Under the pieces are notes generated by a model. It had not been told where the DNA came from. It saw only the letters and a program-made list of their open reading frames with translations, and did not search any database. Of a DNA stretch of 64,000 nt, positions 47,698 to 57,256 are shown one piece after another; within the stretch, counting starts at the first letter, position 1, and every line of letters starts with the position of its first letter. The position numbers and the translations under genes were made by a program. This stretch comes from an uncultured delta proteobacterium (GTDB lineage: Bacteria > Desulfobacterota > Syntrophia > Syntrophales > Smithellaceae): assembly GCA_903907985.1 (NCBI GenBank), contig CAIVQG010000022.1:1538-65537 (forward strand). Direction: 5' to 3'.

Positions 47698-48888
47698 CTA
47701 AGGTTGTGTATTGCTGCGAAAAAGACGCGCGAGAAGCGACTTCATAATGATCAACGGCAATCGGGGAACTTGCGCCAGCAGTTCAACATAGCTTAAGCGA
47801 CCGGCCATTACGCGAAAGTGCATTTTTCGAATGCGTTCATGAGACTGAAAAAAATTGAAGCTCGCCTGAGGGAAAGTATTGAGTGGCAAAGACACTTTCC
47901 AGGCCGCACGGAGTTCCGGCAGGATATGGCGTCCGAGCGCAGTGGTATAAACACCGGCCGCCTGTTTTCCGGTTGCCAGAGTTGCGCTTATAGCGCGTGC
48001 AGCTTCCTCGCCGCTTTTGAGAGCCCAATAGATTCCCTCGCCTGTAACGGGGTCAACAAAGGACGCGGCATCGCCGGCGAGCAAAATGTTGCCGCGGCAA
48101 AAAGGTCTCCGCGTCAGCGGTGAAAAGAGCGGAAGGGCATGGCCTTTGGCCTGGGCTGCCAGATTGCCGGGAAGTCCGAGCGCTTCCAGAAAATCCGCCA
48201 GAAGACCGCGAGCGCGGCGGGCATATTTCATCGGTATGCCTATGCCGATAGAGGCATCTTCTCTGCGGGGGAAGATCCATCCGTAGCCGTCGGGCAGATA
48301 ACCAAAATAGAAGCCCAGCTTGTGAACATGATCCCGGATAAGGGCATGTTCGTAGGGCACATACACCTCCAGGCCGATGGACGCCGGAGGTGCGGAGCAT
48401 CCTAAAATCCCGGCTGTAGCTCCCTGTGCACCATCGGCACCGATCAGCGCCCGGCACCGATAAGTATCCCGATTTGTCCCCACTTCAATCATATGGTCTC
48501 GTTCGGCAACCATGCGCACCGATTCTCCTTCGGAAATTATAGCCCCGGCATTACCTGCGCGCAGGGCAAGGAGATGGTCGAAAACCGAACGGTTTACAAC
48601 ATAGCCTAAGTTGTCTTCCCGGGGCATTTCCACGCTTTTCATTTGGCGGAAACTGACCACGGCACTTTTTATTTCCTGTTCAATCGCGGCGGAGAAATCA
48701 AAATCTAAAAGATCGACAACTTTGGCGGGAATGCCGCCCGCACAGGTTTTATGGCGCGGCATAATTTTTTTCTCAAGCGCCAGTGTGCGAATCCCTGCGC
48801 ATCCCAGATGATATGCGGCATTGGCGCCGGCCGGACCAAGACCCGCCACAATGACATCATAATCTGCTTTGTGCCGGCCTTTATCCAT
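47698..48888 (-). CDS. FAD-dependent oxidoreductase, geranylgeranyl-reductase family
   Basis: YDVIVAGLGPAGANAAYHLG (dinucleotide fold), IGADGA, and LAGDAASFVDPVTGEGI. Confidence 0.8.
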   Translation of the reverse strand: MDKGRHKADYDVIVAGLGPAGANAAYHLGCAGIRTLALEKKIMPRHKTCAGGIPAKVVDLLDFDFSAAIEQEIKSAVVSFRQMKSVEMPREDNLGYVVNRSVFDHLLALRAGNAGAIISEGESVRMVAERDHMIEVGTNRDTYRCRALIGADGAQGATAGILGCSAPPASIGLEVYVPYEHALIRDHVHKLGFYFGYLPDGYGWIFPRREDASIGIGIPMKYARRARGLLADFLEALGLPGNLAAQAKGHALPLFSPLTRRPFCRGNILLAGDAASFVDPVTGEGIYWALKSGEEAARAISATLATGKQAAGVYTTALGRHILPELRAAWKVSLPLNTFPQASFNFFQSHERIRKMHFRVMAGRLSYVELLAQVPRLPLIIMKSLLARLFRSNTQP

Positions 48889-48921
48889 AACTTATACGTC
48901 CTCATCCATTGGTAATAACAA

Positions 48922-49899
48922 TCAGGCAGCGGTGTAAAAAAGAACGTTGCCAATGATAGTTTCTTTGATAACCCCGTCCCTCTTGAGTTCCTGCAGATAA
49001 ACATAGGTTTCATTGAGGGCCATGAATTTTTCCCAGTCGTCCCAATTAGCTGCCGCCGCGCCGATCATTTCGCCGCAGATGGTGTAGGTTGTTTTGGGTT
49101 GCACGCCCATATTTTTCAGAAGAAGCTGCTTTTTCAACAGGTGATGGGTGCGGATTTCTTCTATTCTCTCATCAATGCCCGTCAAAGAATTGCCGTGTCC
49201 CGGATGGATGGTGGTTATCGGCAGAGTTTCGATGATGCAAAGCGATTCCAGGTAGCTTTTCAGCGGCTGAAAGATTTCATCATAGATATTGGGACTGAGA
49301 CTGGGCGCGATATAAGGCAGGACATGATCGCCGGCCAGCAGAAGTCCTTCTTCCCGGAAAAAAAAACAGACATGATCTGCGGCATGCCCCGGCGTGAAAA
49401 TAACTTCAAAGGAACGATTGCCGAATTGACGAATTTCATTTTTCTGCAAAAAGGTATCTACGGTAAATTGGGGAATGTGGATGCGGATATCTTCAATCTC
49501 TTCCACTATCGCTTCCACTTCCGCAGGCGACATGCCGTGTTTGGCGTAAAACAATCTGGCCTGCGCAATCAGATAATCTGCCTGCTGAAAATGCGCATGG
49601 ACCTGATGGGAGGTCTCCGACAAATGAATCCGGGCTTTTGATTGTTCCTGAACTCGTCCGGCCATACCGCAGTGATCGGTGTGGACATGGGTGATGTAAA
49701 TATCGCGGATGGAATCGACGGATAATCCGATGCTGGCCAAATCCGCTGCCAGCTTTTCATAAGCGCCGGGCATGTTCATGCCGGCATCGAACAGCGCGAC
49801 ATTGTCTCCGTCGACCAAAGCGTAGGCGTGGACGTGCCTCAAACGATAAGGCATGGGCAGCGTTATTCGGTAGAAGTTTTCCGCAATTTCAGCAATCAT
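48922..49899 (-). CDS. MBL-fold metallo-hydrolase
   Basis: ITHVHTDHCG (HxHxDH). The later HPGHG is a guessed metal ligand. Start at MIAEIAENFYRI is preferred over the 50016 extension. Confidence 0.8.
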   Translation of the reverse strand: MIAEIAENFYRITLPMPYRLRHVHAYALVDGDNVALFDAGMNMPGAYEKLAADLASIGLSVDSIRDIYITHVHTDHCGMAGRVQEQSKARIHLSETSHQVHAHFQQADYLIAQARLFYAKHGMSPAEVEAIVEEIEDIRIHIPQFTVDTFLQKNEIRQFGNRSFEVIFTPGHAADHVCFFFREEGLLLAGDHVLPYIAPSLSPNIYDEIFQPLKSYLESLCIIETLPITTIHPGHGNSLTGIDERIEEIRTHHLLKKQLLLKNMGVQPKTTYTICGEMIGAAAANWDDWEKFMALNETYVYLQELKRDGVIKETIIGNVLFYTAA

Positions 49900-50148
49900 A
49901 ATAGTGACACAATCTTCGGTACCCGGCCGGTTGCCCGCAGGCGACCAGGATGTTGCCGATCCCCCGCTCAAAAAACCGGTTATTACGGGTGGCAGGCAAT
50001 AAATCAATCTACACACTAATGCTTTATCAAATCACAGTGTGTTGCTTTTGTCCAGATGAAGAGGCAATGATTCGCGGCAATCCTCGAGCGTCCGGCAATC
50101 CCAGATAACTTTTTTCCCCTGCACAATCGGGACAGGTGTGAAATAAGA

Positions 50149-50186
50149 ACGGGTATGAAGGGATGATCGTCCCTTCATACCCGTTG
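50149..50186 (-). terminator. perfect 16-bp hairpin downstream of the truncated carboxyltransferase pseudogene
   Basis: AACGGGTATGAAGGGA-TGATCG-TCCCTTCATACCCGTT. Modest T-rich tail on the minus strand. Confidence 0.35.
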
Positions 50187-50203
50187 CTGAGACATCTTAC
50201 TTT

Positions 50204-50963
50204 AAATATTAAAAAGGAATATTGTTGTGTTTTTTCGGCAAGCGGTATCGTTTTCGGGGACAAAGTGACAGACACCGCTTTTTGTGGCGTGAGCCACGGC
50301 GCTGCCTAAATCTTCATGCGACACTTCTTCGTCGATAACTGCTTTAATTGCATCGGGACCAGTAATATATATAACTGTAACCTTTAACCATGAAGACCCA
50401 GTCGGTCAGAGCCGGTGAATAAAAAGCGCCGCCAGCCGCTGGTCCCATGATGGCTGTAATTTGCGGTATATATCCGGAACCGAGAGTGTTGCGGTAAAAA
50501 ATTCCGCCGTAGCCATCAAGCGCGGGGACACCTTCCTGGATGCGCGCACCGCTGGAATCGTTAAGGGCGATAAAGGGCTTTTGAGCGGATATGGCCATAT
50601 CCATCATTTTTCATATTTTTTTAGCATGCATTTCTCCCAGACTTCAACCCGAGCTGGTGAAATCCTGTGCGGCTGCAAAAACCTTGTGTCCGTTGACTTT
50701 GCCAAAGCCGGTAATGACGCCATCTGCGGGGATTTCTTTTTTATCCAGGCCAAAGAGGTTGGAGCGATGTTGAACAAAGAGCTGTACTTCCTGAAAATAT
50801 CTTCAGCGAATAAAACTGCTAATTGTTTGCGGGTTGTCAGTTTGCCCGAGTCGTGCTGTTTGGCAATTTGTTTTTCACCGCCCATTTGCTTTAAACTTTT
50901 CTCTTTTGCTGCAAAAGTGCTTGCTTTTCCAATGGTTGTGTTTTTCTGGAAATCTTCACTCAT
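50204..50963 (-). pseudogene. acyl-CoA carboxylase carboxyltransferase (PccB/MmdA-like) pseudogene
   Basis: GGEKQIAKQHDSGKLTTRKQ.., then by frame-hopping [100 protein letters not shown]. At least 2 frameshifts. In-frame TGAs at 50644-50646 and 50610-50612. Only about half of the expected length is present. Confidence 0.8.
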
Positions 50964-51002
50964 TGCCAGCTTCTCCTTCGCCCGTATATTATGGTTTTTA
51001 AC

Positions 51003-51031
51003 TTGACCAATAATGACAGGTAGGCTATTAT
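51003..51031 (+). promoter_or_regulatory. candidate sigma70-type promoter upstream of pgk
   Basis: TTGACC - 17 nt - TATTAT. Confidence 0.3.
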
Positions 51032-51144
51032 GCCGCGCAAATCGGTCATTGTCTATTGCTCAAGTGCTCGATATCAGGGGTAAAAATAAAAAATAATTGG
51101 CAGTGACATTAGCCTGTTTAGCAAAAAATGGCAAGGAGTAATCG

Positions 51145-52332
51145 GTGAACTTTATTAATCAAATTGATCTCAAAGGTAAAAGAGTAATGTTTCGTTTTGA
51201 TTTTAACGTTCCTTTGGACAGCAGCCAGAACATTACTGATGATATAAGAATTCGTGCAGTTCTACCTTCTTTAAACTATGCTCTGGATGAAGGTGCAAGA
51301 GTTATCATTATTTCCCATTTAGGCCGGCCGAAAGGCAAACCGGTTCCCCAAATGAGCTTAGCTCCGGTTGCCAAAAGATTGTCCCGCCTTTTGGGCAAGC
51401 AGGTGCTCCTGGCCAATGATTGCATCGGGCCGGATGTGGAAAAAATAGTGCAGGACTTAAAACCGGGTTGTGTCCTGATGCTGGAAAATCTTCGTTTTCA
51501 CAAAGAAGAAGAAGCCAATGACGATGAGTTTTCCCAAAAGCTGGCTTACTTTGCCGATGTCTACATTGACGATGCCTTCGGCAATGCCCACCGGGCTCAT
51601 GCTTCCAATGTCGGCATCACCAAATATGTAAAAGCCTGTGGTGCCGGATTCCTGATGAAAAAAGAACTTAATTACTTTCAGACGCAACTGGACAAGCCTG
51701 TACGTCCTTTTGTGGCAATAATCGGCGGTTCTAAAGTTTCCGACAAACTATCCACACTGATTAATTTAATTAAGAAAGTGGATAAAATGATCATCGGCGG
51801 CGGTATGGCCTTTACGTTTTTAAAAGCCCAGGGCTTGGAGATAGGAACGTCGTTAGTTGAAGATCATTTAATAGAGCAAGCCCGTGATATTCTCGAGAAG
51901 GCGCAAAAACTGGGTGTGAAATTATATTTGCCTATTGATTGTGTTATTGCGCAGAGTATGAGCGCAGAGGCAGTGACAAAAATTGTTCCGGTGCAGGAGA
52001 TATTCCCTGATTGGATGGGGCTTGATATCGGGCCGGCCACAATTACTCTTTTCCGGGAAGTTATTGCCAACGCTAAGACAATTCTTTGGAACGGACCAAT
52101 GGGAGTTTTTGAAATCGATGCCTTCAGCCGTGGCACATCCGCTATGGTTCATGCTTTGGCCGGTACTCATGCCTTAACGATAGTCGGCGGTGGCGATACC
52201 GATGTTGCCGTGCAGAAGGCAGGAGAAAACGACAACATCTCTTATATATCCACGGGAGGCGGTGCGTCGCTGGAACTTCTGGAAGGGAAAACCCTCCCGG
52301 CGATTGAAGCTTTGGAAAAATGTGCCGATTAA
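51145..52332 (+). CDS. pgk: phosphoglycerate kinase
   Basis: KRVMFRFDFNVPLD, ISHLGRPKG and GGGDT. GTG start with AGGAG RBS. Confidence 0.95.
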   Translation: MNFINQIDLKGKRVMFRFDFNVPLDSSQNITDDIRIRAVLPSLNYALDEGARVIIISHLGRPKGKPVPQMSLAPVAKRLSRLLGKQVLLANDCIGPDVEKIVQDLKPGCVLMLENLRFHKEEEANDDEFSQKLAYFADVYIDDAFGNAHRAHASNVGITKYVKACGAGFLMKKELNYFQTQLDKPVRPFVAIIGGSKVSDKLSTLINLIKKVDKMIIGGGMAFTFLKAQGLEIGTSLVEDHLIEQARDILEKAQKLGVKLYLPIDCVIAQSMSAEAVTKIVPVQEIFPDWMGLDIGPATITLFREVIANAKTILWNGPMGVFEIDAFSRGTSAMVHALAGTHALTIVGGGDTDVAVQKAGENDNISYISTGGGASLELLEGKTLPAIEALEKCAD

Positions 52333-52368
52333 TTGGACCTGTTTCAGGATAATCTAAAGTAAATGCAT

Positions 52369-52403
52369 AAAAGGGGAAGCTGATACTTCCCCTTTTATTT
52401 TTG
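52369..52403 (+). terminator. rho-independent terminator after pgk
   Basis: AAAAGGGGAAG-CTGATA-CTTCCCCTTTT followed by ATTTTT. Confidence 0.8.
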
Positions 52404-52425
52404 GTAATGATATTTAGTGAATAGT

Positions 52426-53163
52426 ATGCGCAATTTCAAAATGGTTGTCGAATATGATGGTACCGATTACTGTGGCTGGCAGCGGCAGAAAAACGGTCTG
52501 TCTATTCAGCAGGTTCTAGAGGAGACGATACGGCTCATCACGCAGGAAAAGGTAACGGTGTTTGGGTCCGGCAGAACTGATGCCGGAGTGCATGCCTTAA
52601 ATCAGGTGGCCAGCTTTCGCAGCAATACCCGCCTGCCTGCGGAAATATTATACCGGGGAATTAACGGTTTATTGCCGCCGGATATTGTTCTGAAGGCTTT
52701 GGAAGAAGTTGCCTGGGAATTTAGTGCGTTGCGGGATGCGCGGGGAAAAGTATATTTCTACAGGATTTGCAACAAACGCTTACGCCCTGCTCTTAACCGC
52801 AATTATTTCTGGTTTATCCATCAGCCGCTGAATTTGCCTTTGATGGAACAAGCGGCTCAGTATTTAGTAGGCCGTCATGATTTTTCATGCTTTTGTGCCA
52901 CGGGCAGCGATGTTAAAGATCATACACGGACTGTCACGAGCATAAATATCAGTAGCGTTGAGGATGGTTTACTGGAAATAACGATCGAGGCGCAGGGCTT
53001 TTTGAAATACATGGTGCGCAATATTGTCGGCACGCTCGTGGATGTCGGTCGGGGTAAGCGAAAGCCTTCGGAAATGAAGGAAATAATTGACTCGTGTGAC
53101 CGGAACATTGCCGGCATAACAGCTCCTGCTCGCGGACTTTATTTAAAGGAGGTCAAATATTGA
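52426..53163 (+). CDS. truA: tRNA pseudouridine(38-40) synthase
   Basis: VEYDGTDYCGWQRQ and GSGRTDAGVHA. ATG 52426 (MRNFK) preferred over GTG 52417. Confidence 0.9.
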   Translation: MRNFKMVVEYDGTDYCGWQRQKNGLSIQQVLEETIRLITQEKVTVFGSGRTDAGVHALNQVASFRSNTRLPAEILYRGINGLLPPDIVLKALEEVAWEFSALRDARGKVYFYRICNKRLRPALNRNYFWFIHQPLNLPLMEQAAQYLVGRHDFSCFCATGSDVKDHTRTVTSINISSVEDGLLEITIEAQGFLKYMVRNIVGTLVDVGRGKRKPSEMKEIIDSCDRNIAGITAPARGLYLKEVKY

Positions 53164-53164
53164 A

Positions 53165-54010
53165 ATGAAAATATTGTTGCTTGGCCATAAGGGTATGTTG
53201 GGCTGCGACCTTCTTTCCCAATTGGGAAGAAAACATGATATTATCGGACTCGACAAGGAGGAAATAGACATTACTTCCGAGTCTGAGTGCCGGAGGGCAA
53301 TTCATGAGAACAGACCGGATATTGTCATAAATGCCGCCGCTTACACAGATGTTGATGGTTGCGAGAAGGCAAAAGACGAATGTTTTGCCGTCAATGCCGA
53401 GGCAGTAAAGAATATTGCCGAAACCTGCCGGGAAAAAAATATTCGCATTATTCATTTCAGCACTGATTATATTTTTGACGGGAACAGCAATGAACCTTAT
53501 AAAGAAGACAGCCTCTGTAATCCGGTCAACGTTTATGGTGCTTCCAAATTGGCGGGGGAGAGATATCTGCAAGAGCTTTCGAGTAATTATATTCTCGTCC
53601 GTACAGAGTGGTTGTACGGTAAAAATGGCAAGAATTTTGTGCGGACAATTTTAGAAAAGGCCCGGACAGTAAATAAATTGGAAGTTGTTGACGATCAAAC
53701 CGGATCCCCGACTTATACCCGGGACCTGGCAGCGGCAGTCGATTTGTTGATTGAGCGAAACGTTGCCGGAATATTCCATTTAACCAACAGGGGCAGTTGC
53801 AGCTGGTTTCAATTTGCCCAGAAAATATTGCAGGGAGCAGGTGTCACAGGGGTGCAGGTGATGCCGATAAAGTCCGGCCAGCTGAACAGGCTGGCCCAAC
53901 GTCCTGCCTACAGCGTTTTAAGCATGCAAAAATTTATTGCGGCGACGGGGAAAACAATGCAGCCCTGGCAATTGGCGCTGCAGGACTATCTGCAAAGTAT
54001 TAAATATTAG
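53165..54010 (+). CDS. rfbD: dTDP-4-dehydrorhamnose reductase
   Basis: MKILLLGHKGMLG, INAAAYTDVD, HFSTDYIFDG and YGASKLAGE. Confidence 0.9.
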   Translation: MKILLLGHKGMLGCDLLSQLGRKHDIIGLDKEEIDITSESECRRAIHENRPDIVINAAAYTDVDGCEKAKDECFAVNAEAVKNIAETCREKNIRIIHFSTDYIFDGNSNEPYKEDSLCNPVNVYGASKLAGERYLQELSSNYILVRTEWLYGKNGKNFVRTILEKARTVNKLEVVDDQTGSPTYTRDLAAAVDLLIERNVAGIFHLTNRGSCSWFQFAQKILQGAGVTGVQVMPIKSGQLNRLAQRPAYSVLSMQKFIAATGKTMQPWQLALQDYLQSIKY

Positions 54011-54359
54011 CAGGCTGTAGTCCGGGATAGCATTCCCCTTAGGGAGGCGCAATCAAATTAACTATCTTCCTTACCGGAAAAAACCTCAGGTTTTACAATG
54101 CCCTGATAACCTATAGATCACAAGAGGGCACGTGAAGGCTCATCTGCTGTTTATGACCTTTAGGGGAACGTGACCTTCTTCAGCTTCTTCCCTGCCTAAT
54201 CTTACCCCCTGTAATCTGAATCGCCTAAGCTTATGTTTAATCCGCTCATTAGCTGCATAGAGCAGAAAAAATATATGCGGTCATATTTAAATGATGAAAC
54301 TAATTGGCGATGAGCTTATAGTCAATTCTCTAAAGTTATCCCCGAACCAAGGATGTTTT

Positions 54360-56930
54360 ATGGAAATATCGGAACAGGATATTAAAAAGCTGCAAGGTTT
54401 GTCGGCTGCCGAAGCAGCGGAACGATTAAAAAAATGTGGATACAATGAACTGCCTTCTGCAAAAAAACGCAGCATAATCAAGATAATTATTGAAGTCTTC
54501 TGCGAGCCGATGTTTCTGCTGCTGGTTGCCTGCGGCACTTTGTATCTGATCCTCGGTGATGTTGGAGAAGCCTTGATGCTTCTGGGTTTTGTTCTCGTAA
54601 TCATCGGTATTACTATTTATCAGGAAAATAAAACGGAAAAAGCGCTTGATGCACTCAAAGATCTTTCAAGTCCGCGAGCCCTTGTTATCCGCGAAGGCTA
54701 TGAAAAACGCATCGCCGGTAAAGAAGTTGTCCCCGACGACCTGATCATTGTCCGGGAAGGCGACAGAATCCCCGCCGACGCCGTCCTGATTTGGGGCATG
54801 CACTTAACAGTTGATGAATCGCTGCTTACCGGAGAATCTGTGCCGGTGAGGAAAAAACCATCCCAACCGATTGATCAGGAAATTTCAAAGCCGGGAGGCG
54901 ACGATCTACCCTTCATCTACTCGGGCAGTCTCATAGTGCAGGGACAAGGCGTGGCCAGAGTGCTTTCTTGCGGCAGCAGTACGGAAATCGGTAAAATCGG
55001 GAAAGCCCTCTACGCGATTTCCGAAGAAAAAACCGCCTTGCAGAAGGAAACAGGAAAAATAGTTAAAACGGTTTTTATCTTTGCCGCTGTGCTCAGTTTA
55101 ATTATTATCTGTGTCTATGGAATAACCAGGGGCGACTGGTTAAATGGAATTCTGTCCGGTATCACGCTGGCCATGGCTATGCTGCCGGAAGAATTCCCCG
55201 TTGTCCTGACAATATTTTTAGCTCTTGGCGCCTGGCGTATGTCTAAAAAGCAGGTACTTACCCGGAAAGTTGCTGCCGTAGAAACTCTGGGAGCAGCGAC
55301 CGTTTTATGTGTGGATAAGACGGGAACATTAACGCAAAACAAGATGAGTATTAAAAAAATATTCAGTAAAAATGAATTATACGAAATTGTCGACAGCTCC
55401 ATTGACAGCCTCCCCGAAACATTTCATGAACTGATTGAATATGGAATCCTGGCCAGCAAAAAAGATCCCTTCGATCCCATGGAACGGGCGTTGCATGAGC
55501 TGGGCCACAAAACTCTCTACAGTACAGAACATCTTCACTCAAACTGGAATATACTGGAAGAGTATCCGCTATCGGGCGAGTTATTATCGTTATCCCATGC
55601 TTATAAACATCCGGAAACGGGGGCTTATTATGTATCCGCAAAGGGAGCTCCCGAGGCCATCTTTGATCTTTGCCATTTGAATAAGCCTGTCAGAGATGAT
55701 CTGGCGGTGAAAGTTAATGTTATTGCCGCGGAAGGATTGCGTGTCTTAGGTGTGGCCAAGGCTATATTTAATAAAAATAAGCTTCCCCAAAATCAGCATG
55801 ACTTTGAATTCGAGTTTCTGGGTTTAATCGGCCTTGCTGACCCGATTAGAGAATCTGTACCGGGCGCAATAAAGGAATGCTACCAGGCCGGAATTCGGGT
55901 TGTCATGATCACCGGTGATTATCCGGCTACTGCGCAAAACATTGCCCGCCAGATCGGATTGAAAAACATCGATCAGGTTATCAGCGGACCGGAGCTGTCC
56001 GCGATGGGGTCTCAGGAATTAAAAGATAAAGTCAGCGTGGTAAATATCTTTGCCCGTGTTGTTCCCGAGCAGAAGCTTTTACTGGTAAACGCTTTAAAAG
56101 AAAACGGGGAAATTGTAGCCATGACCGGAGATGGTGTGAATGATGCTCCGGCATTGAAGGCAGCTCATATTGGTGTGGCGATGGGGGAACGAGGAACGGA
56201 CGTGGCCAGGGAATCTTCAGCCATTGTTCTTCTGAAAGACGATTTTGCTTCGATCGTTGCGGCCGTGAGAATGGGGAGACGCATTTTCGATAACATGAGA
56301 AAAGCAATGGCTTATATCATCAGTGTGCATATTCCTATTGCCGGTATTTCTCTTATTCCGGTTTTATCAGGTTGGCCGGTAATTTTATATCCTGTTCACA
56401 TTTTATTTCTGGAGCTGATTATTGATCCGGCCTGCTCTGTTGTATTTGAACAGGAAAAAGAAGAAGCAAATACTATGCTGCGAGCACCGCGGGATTCCGC
56501 CGAACCTCTTTTCGGAAAACGGCTTTTGTTTTTGAGCATTCTACAAGGTCTGTTTTCTCTGGCGGTTATTATTGCTGTATATAAAATAGCTCTTAATTTA
56601 AATCAGTCTGCTGCTGAAGCAAGGACGCTGTCATTTTTAACACTGATCATCTCCAACTTATGCCTTATACTGACCAATCGAAGCTGGTCGATGAGCATCC
56701 TCTCTTCCCTATTTGTTCCTAATAAGGCTTTGAAATGGGTAATTCTGGGGGCTATTCTTTTTCTGGGATTGGTAATCTATGTGCCGTTTTTGCAGAGGAT
56801 GTTCCATTTTGCGGCGATGCATAGCCTTGATATTATTATTGCTACCATCACAGGATTTTTAAGTGTAGCCTGGTTTGAAATTGTAAAAATTATGTCTGTT
56901 AAAAAACATGTTGAACTACTGAATGATTAA
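54360..56930 (+). CDS. cation-translocating P-type ATPase (type II, Ca2+/Mg2+-like)
   Basis: LTGESVPV, CVDKTGTLTQN, MITGDYPATA and TGDGVNDAPALK. About 10 TM helices. ATG 54360 (MEISEQDIKKL) preferred. Confidence 0.9.
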   Translation: MEISEQDIKKLQGLSAAEAAERLKKCGYNELPSAKKRSIIKIIIEVFCEPMFLLLVACGTLYLILGDVGEALMLLGFVLVIIGITIYQENKTEKALDALKDLSSPRALVIREGYEKRIAGKEVVPDDLIIVREGDRIPADAVLIWGMHLTVDESLLTGESVPVRKKPSQPIDQEISKPGGDDLPFIYSGSLIVQGQGVARVLSCGSSTEIGKIGKALYAISEEKTALQKETGKIVKTVFIFAAVLSLIIICVYGITRGDWLNGILSGITLAMAMLPEEFPVVLTIFLALGAWRMSKKQVLTRKVAAVETLGAATVLCVDKTGTLTQNKMSIKKIFSKNELYEIVDSSIDSLPETFHELIEYGILASKKDPFDPMERALHELGHKTLYSTEHLHSNWNILEEYPLSGELLSLSHAYKHPETGAYYVSAKGAPEAIFDLCHLNKPVRDDLAVKVNVIAAEGLRVLGVAKAIFNKNKLPQNQHDFEFEFLGLIGLADPIRESVPGAIKECYQAGIRVVMITGDYPATAQNIARQIGLKNIDQVISGPELSAMGSQELKDKVSVVNIFARVVPEQKLLLVNALKENGEIVAMTGDGVNDAPALKAAHIGVAMGERGTDVARESSAIVLLKDDFASIVAAVRMGRRIFDNMRKAMAYIISVHIPIAGISLIPVLSGWPVILYPVHILFLELIIDPACSVVFEQEKEEANTMLRAPRDSAEPLFGKRLLFLSILQGLFSLAVIIAVYKIALNLNQSAAEARTLSFLTLIISNLCLILTNRSWSMSILSSLFVPNKALKWVILGAILFLGLVIYVPFLQRMFHFAAMHSLDIIIATITGFLSVAWFEIVKIMSVKKHVELLND

Positions 56931-56992
56931 CTGTCTTAACCGCAGAGTTCCGGTGATCAAAACTGGTTAATTAAAAATATTAAATTTATTTC

Positions 56993-57021
56993 TTGACAAG
57001 AATTTTAAGTTTGTTTATACG
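56993..57021 (+). promoter_or_regulatory. candidate promoter of the aro leader/operon
   Basis: TTGACA - 17 nt - TATACG. Confidence 0.35.
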
Positions 57022-57051
57022 GTAATACAATAAAAGGTAAGGTTTTTCACA

Positions 57052-57147
57052 ATGGACAGAAAATTAAATGCAAATATCGGTTTTTACGGCTATTGGTTTT
57101 ATACCTATTTTGCATCGGTCTGCCCGTTGTTAAGAAGGACGTGTTAA
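57052..57147 (+). CDS. putative aromatic-amino-acid-rich leader peptide (31 aa)
   Basis: MDRKLNANIGFYGYWFYTYFASVCPLLRRTC. Codons 11-20 are F Y G Y W F Y T Y F. AAGGTAAGG lies upstream. The ORF sits between a promoter candidate and tandem terminator hairpins, directly ahead of the shikimate operon. Confidence 0.6.
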   Translation: MDRKLNANIGFYGYWFYTYFASVCPLLRRTC

Positions 57148-57168
57148 GGTAAAACAAACACCAAAAAC

Positions 57169-57208
57169 AGCCATGGGTAGATCGGAAACGAGCTTCCATG
57201 GCTTTTTC
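57169..57208 (+). promoter_or_regulatory. attenuator hairpin 1 (arms 1 and 2)
   Basis: AGCCATGG (57169-57176) pairs with CCATGGCT (57196-57203), followed by TTTTT. Confidence 0.5.
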
Positions 57209-57216
57209 AGTTTTAA

Positions 57217-57256
57217 GGGCCATGGCGGCAAAAGCCATGGCCCTTTTTTTATTTTT
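57217..57256 (+). terminator. strong rho-independent terminator (arms 3 and 4) immediately before the aroF RBS
   Basis: GGGCCATGGC-GGCAAAA-GCCATGGCCC followed by TTTTTTTATTTTT. RBS AGGAGGGG at 57258-57265. Confidence 0.8.

Noticed and set aside
4044-50646. Possibility that the in-frame TAA (4044) and TGAs (50610, 50644) reflect an alternative genetic code
   Set aside because: Well-supported genes in the window terminate at TGA or TAA exactly at their expected C-termini (for example gltX with TGA and pgk with TAA). The TGA-containing gene also has frameshifts and a truncation.
50461-51006. 181-aa plus-strand ORF
   Set aside because: It is the antisense shadow of the carboxyltransferase pseudogene and has no motif.
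54011-54359. Mg2+ (M-box) or other riboswitch in the 350-nt region upstream of the P-type ATPase
   Set aside because: I could not recognise M-box or any other riboswitch consensus by eye. Only small palindromes and a possible repeat copy are present. A covariance-model scan would be needed.
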